The translations under genes were made by a program, and so were the position numbers. The notes under the pieces were generated by a model. That model ran no database searches. It worked only from the letters and a program-made list of their open reading frames with translations, and was not told the DNA's origin. From Myxococcota bacterium (GTDB taxonomy: Bacteria > Myxococcota_A > UBA9160 > UBA4427), in NCBI GenBank assembly GCA_965250285.1, contig OZ252299.1:1600001-1664000 (forward strand): 64,000 bases of DNA, in the 5' to 3' direction. Of this stretch, positions 61,840 to 64,000 are shown in pieces; position 1 is the first letter of the stretch; each line of letters begins with the position of its first letter.

Positions 61840-62736
61840 ATGACGGCCACGATCGAGCATCTTCCGCCCGATTCGCCCCCCGACGCCGTCGCGAAGATCC
61901 TCGCGCGCGATGGCGCCGTCATCGTCGACGACGTCGATCGAGACGGCGGGCTCGATCGCGTGCGCGCCGAGATGCAGCCGTTCATCGATGCGACCGAGTC
62001 AGGGCCGGACGATTTCACGGGGCGTCACACCCGCCGAACCGGCGGGCTGATTGCCCGCGCGCCCTCGAGCCACGCGCTGATCCAGCACCCTCTCGTCGTA
62101 GGCACGGTCTCACAGGTGCTCGCGCACGCGCTGAACTTCCACCTTCATCTCACGCAGATCATCGACATCGGCCCAGGCGAGCCGGCCCAGCCGATTCATC
62201 GCGATCAGTGGGCCTTCGACTTCTTCCCTTTTCCGAAGGGCTATGACGTTCAGTGCAACACGATCTGGGCGATGACCGACTTCGACGAGCAGAACGGCGC
62301 TACACGGGTCGTGCCGGGCAGTCATCTGCTCGAAGACAAGCTGCGGTTCGAGCACGCCGACTCGATTCCGGCCGAGATGTCGAAGGGGTCGGTGTTGTTC
62401 TACAACGGCGCGGTGTATCACGGTGGGGGGCCGAACCAGAGCGACGCGCATCGCCTCGGGCTCAACATCACCTATGCCGTCGCGTGGCTCCGACAGGAAG
62501 AGAACCAGTATCTGACCGTGCCGCGCGAGCAGGCGCAGGCGCTGCCGGATGATCTGCTTCGCCTGATGGGCTACGCGCGCGGGGCCTATGCGCTCGGCTA
62601 CGTCGACGACCTGCGCGATCCGCTCGACGCGCTTCGGGGGGATGCGACGCGGCACGGCTTCGGTCAACCTGGCGAGATCGCTGAGGGCCTGCGCCGGCCC
62701 CCCGCGGCCGACGCGGCGGTCAGCGAAGTCGAGTAG
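61840..62736 (+). CDS. Phytanoyl-CoA dioxygenase (PhyH) family Fe(II)/2OG dioxygenase
   Basis: QPIHRD, NGATRVVPGSH, YHGGG, WLRQEENQ. Confidence 0.9.
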   Translation: MTATIEHLPPDSPPDAVAKILARDGAVIVDDVDRDGGLDRVRAEMQPFIDATESGPDDFTGRHTRRTGGLIARAPSSHALIQHPLVVGTVSQVLAHALNFHLHLTQIIDIGPGEPAQPIHRDQWAFDFFPFPKGYDVQCNTIWAMTDFDEQNGATRVVPGSHLLEDKLRFEHADSIPAEMSKGSVLFYNGAVYHGGGPNQSDAHRLGLNITYAVAWLRQEENQYLTVPREQAQALPDDLLRLMGYARGAYALGYVDDLRDPLDALRGDATRHGFGQPGEIAEGLRRPPAADAAVSEVE

Positions 62737-62751
62737 GAGCCCGCTCGCGCA

Positions 62752-63357
62752 ATGCCGCATCCGAAATCGGTGATGATCCACGAGCGCGCGCTGTGTGAGA
62801 GCGACGACGTCGGCGCGGGCACGCGCGTCTGGGCCTTTGCGCACGTGATGGCCGGGGCACGCGTCGGCGCGCGCTGCAACATCGGCGATCACGCCTTCAT
62901 CGAGACGGGCGCCGTACTCGGCGATGACGTCACGATCAAGAACGGCGTGTCGGTGTGGGAGCACGTCACGATCGGCGACGCCGTCTTCGTCGGGCCAGGC
63001 GTGAACTTCACCAACGAGCAGCGTCCCCGGGTCGAGCGTCACCGCGCGGAGGGCGGGTACGACGCGCTTCCGACCGACATCGGGGCGGGTGCCACGCTCG
63101 GGGCCGGGGCCACCGTGCTCTGTGGACTGACGGTCGGGGCATCCGCCTTCGTGGGGGCGGGTGCGCTGGTGACCTCGAGCGTACCCGCGCACGCGCTGGT
63201 CGTGGGCGCGCCCGCTCGTTTCGTCGGCTGGGTCTGCAGCTGTGGGCGCGATCTCGACGAAGATCTCGTCTGCCCTTGTGGAAGACGCTTCGAGCCGGTG
63301 CCCGACGACGGCCGCGGTGAGCCGACGGGGCTGCGCCCGGTTGCCGCTGCGGACTGA
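62752..63357 (+). CDS. Hexapeptide-repeat N-acyltransferase (WbpD/FdtC-like)
   Basis: VGAGTRVWAFAHV, VFVGPGVNFTN, GATLGAGATV, VVGAPARFVGWVCSCG. Confidence 0.85.
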   Translation: MPHPKSVMIHERALCESDDVGAGTRVWAFAHVMAGARVGARCNIGDHAFIETGAVLGDDVTIKNGVSVWEHVTIGDAVFVGPGVNFTNEQRPRVERHRAEGGYDALPTDIGAGATLGAGATVLCGLTVGASAFVGAGALVTSSVPAHALVVGAPARFVGWVCSCGRDLDEDLVCPCGRRFEPVPDDGRGEPTGLRPVAAAD

Positions 63358-63375
63358 GCGCCGGGTCTGTACGGC

Positions 63376-64000
63376 TCAGTCGACCGGGTCGGCCCGCTCG
63401 GCTGCATCGTGATCGTCGAATCGACCGTGCCGCCCCTTGCCCGATGCAAAACGCTTCGCGCCCTCGAGCGTCTCGCCCGACTGGATGACCTCGAGGCCGA
63501 TGCGGCTCTCCTCGGTCAGGGCCGCTTCGAGTTCGAGATCCCACTGTCGATACGACGAGATGCGATCGCCCCGCAGACAGCGCTGCGGGAAGCGCGCGAG
63601 GTCGGCTGCGAGTTCGAGGGCCGCGTCGAGGGCCAGGCCCGGCTCCACCAGTCGATTCGCCAGCCCCATACGCAGGGCCTCGTCGCCCGAGACGCCGCGG
63701 CCGGTGAGGATCAGGTCGAGGGCGTGGCTATGGCCGAGCATGCGCGAGAGGCGAACCGTTCCCCCGTCGACGAGCGGGACGCCCCAGCGGCGACAATAGA
63801 CGCCGAATACGGCGTCTCGTGCAGCGACCCGCAGGTCGCACCAGATGGCGAGCTCGAGCCCGCCTGCAACCGCGTGTCCCTCGACAGCGGCGATCACCGG
63901 CTTGGTCATGAGCATCCGCGTGGGGCCCATCGGCCCCTGAAGGTCATCGAGGCGAACGCGGTTGCCACGGCCGGTCGAGGCCGCCTTGAGATCGGCGCCC
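63376..64000 (-). CDS. Enoyl-CoA hydratase/isomerase family protein (5'-truncated by window)
   Basis: KPVIAAVEGHAVAGGLELA, RRWGVPLVDGGT, LILTGR. Confidence 0.88.
   Translation of the reverse strand, partial: GADLKAASTGRGNRVRLDDLQGPMGPTRMLMTKPVIAAVEGHAVAGGLELAIWCDLRVAARDAVFGVYCRRWGVPLVDGGTVRLSRMLGHSHALDLILTGRGVSGDEALRMGLANRLVEPGLALDAALELAADLARFPQRCLRGDRISSYRQWDLELEAALTEESRIGLEVIQSGETLEGAKRFASGKGRHGRFDDHDAAERADPVD

Overview
GC-rich (about 70% by eye) bacterial chromosomal segment, probably Myxococcota/deltaproteobacterial (inferred from an MglA-family GTPase, a REC-DUF4388 protein and the gene order). It is mostly housekeeping: iscS-mnmA-rnc-era; a branched-chain acyl-CoA/B12 mutase cluster (HMG-CoA lyase, carboxyltransferase, MerR, IcmF, methylmalonyl-CoA mutase, MeaB); an orphan MglA; ribBA; a MoxR AAA+/VWA pair; miaB; guaB-guaA-dnaE; tRNA-Val-thrS-infC-rpmI-rplT-ihfA-merR (pheST absent); an accessory catabolic block around tRNA-Pro; pcm-M23-apt-tRNA-Arg; and further accessory oxygenases. 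No integrase, transposase, phage gene or CRISPR array was seen. The most interesting signals are: (1) a roughly 160-nt structured small RNA on the minus strand with its own sigma70 promoter, a C-rich loop and an intrinsic terminator (22729-22889); (2) a three-gene signalling operon made largely of degenerate modules (REC-GAF-GGDEF with intact I-site but no active site; pseudo-REC-DUF4388-pseudo-GTPase; stand-alone cNMP domain) directly upstream of guaBA; (3) four unrelated tandem duplications, each anchored on a gene's stop codon; and (4) a long structured, SD-sequestering ribBA leader that does not resemble an FMN riboswitch. All family assignments come from motif recognition by eye; no database searches were run.
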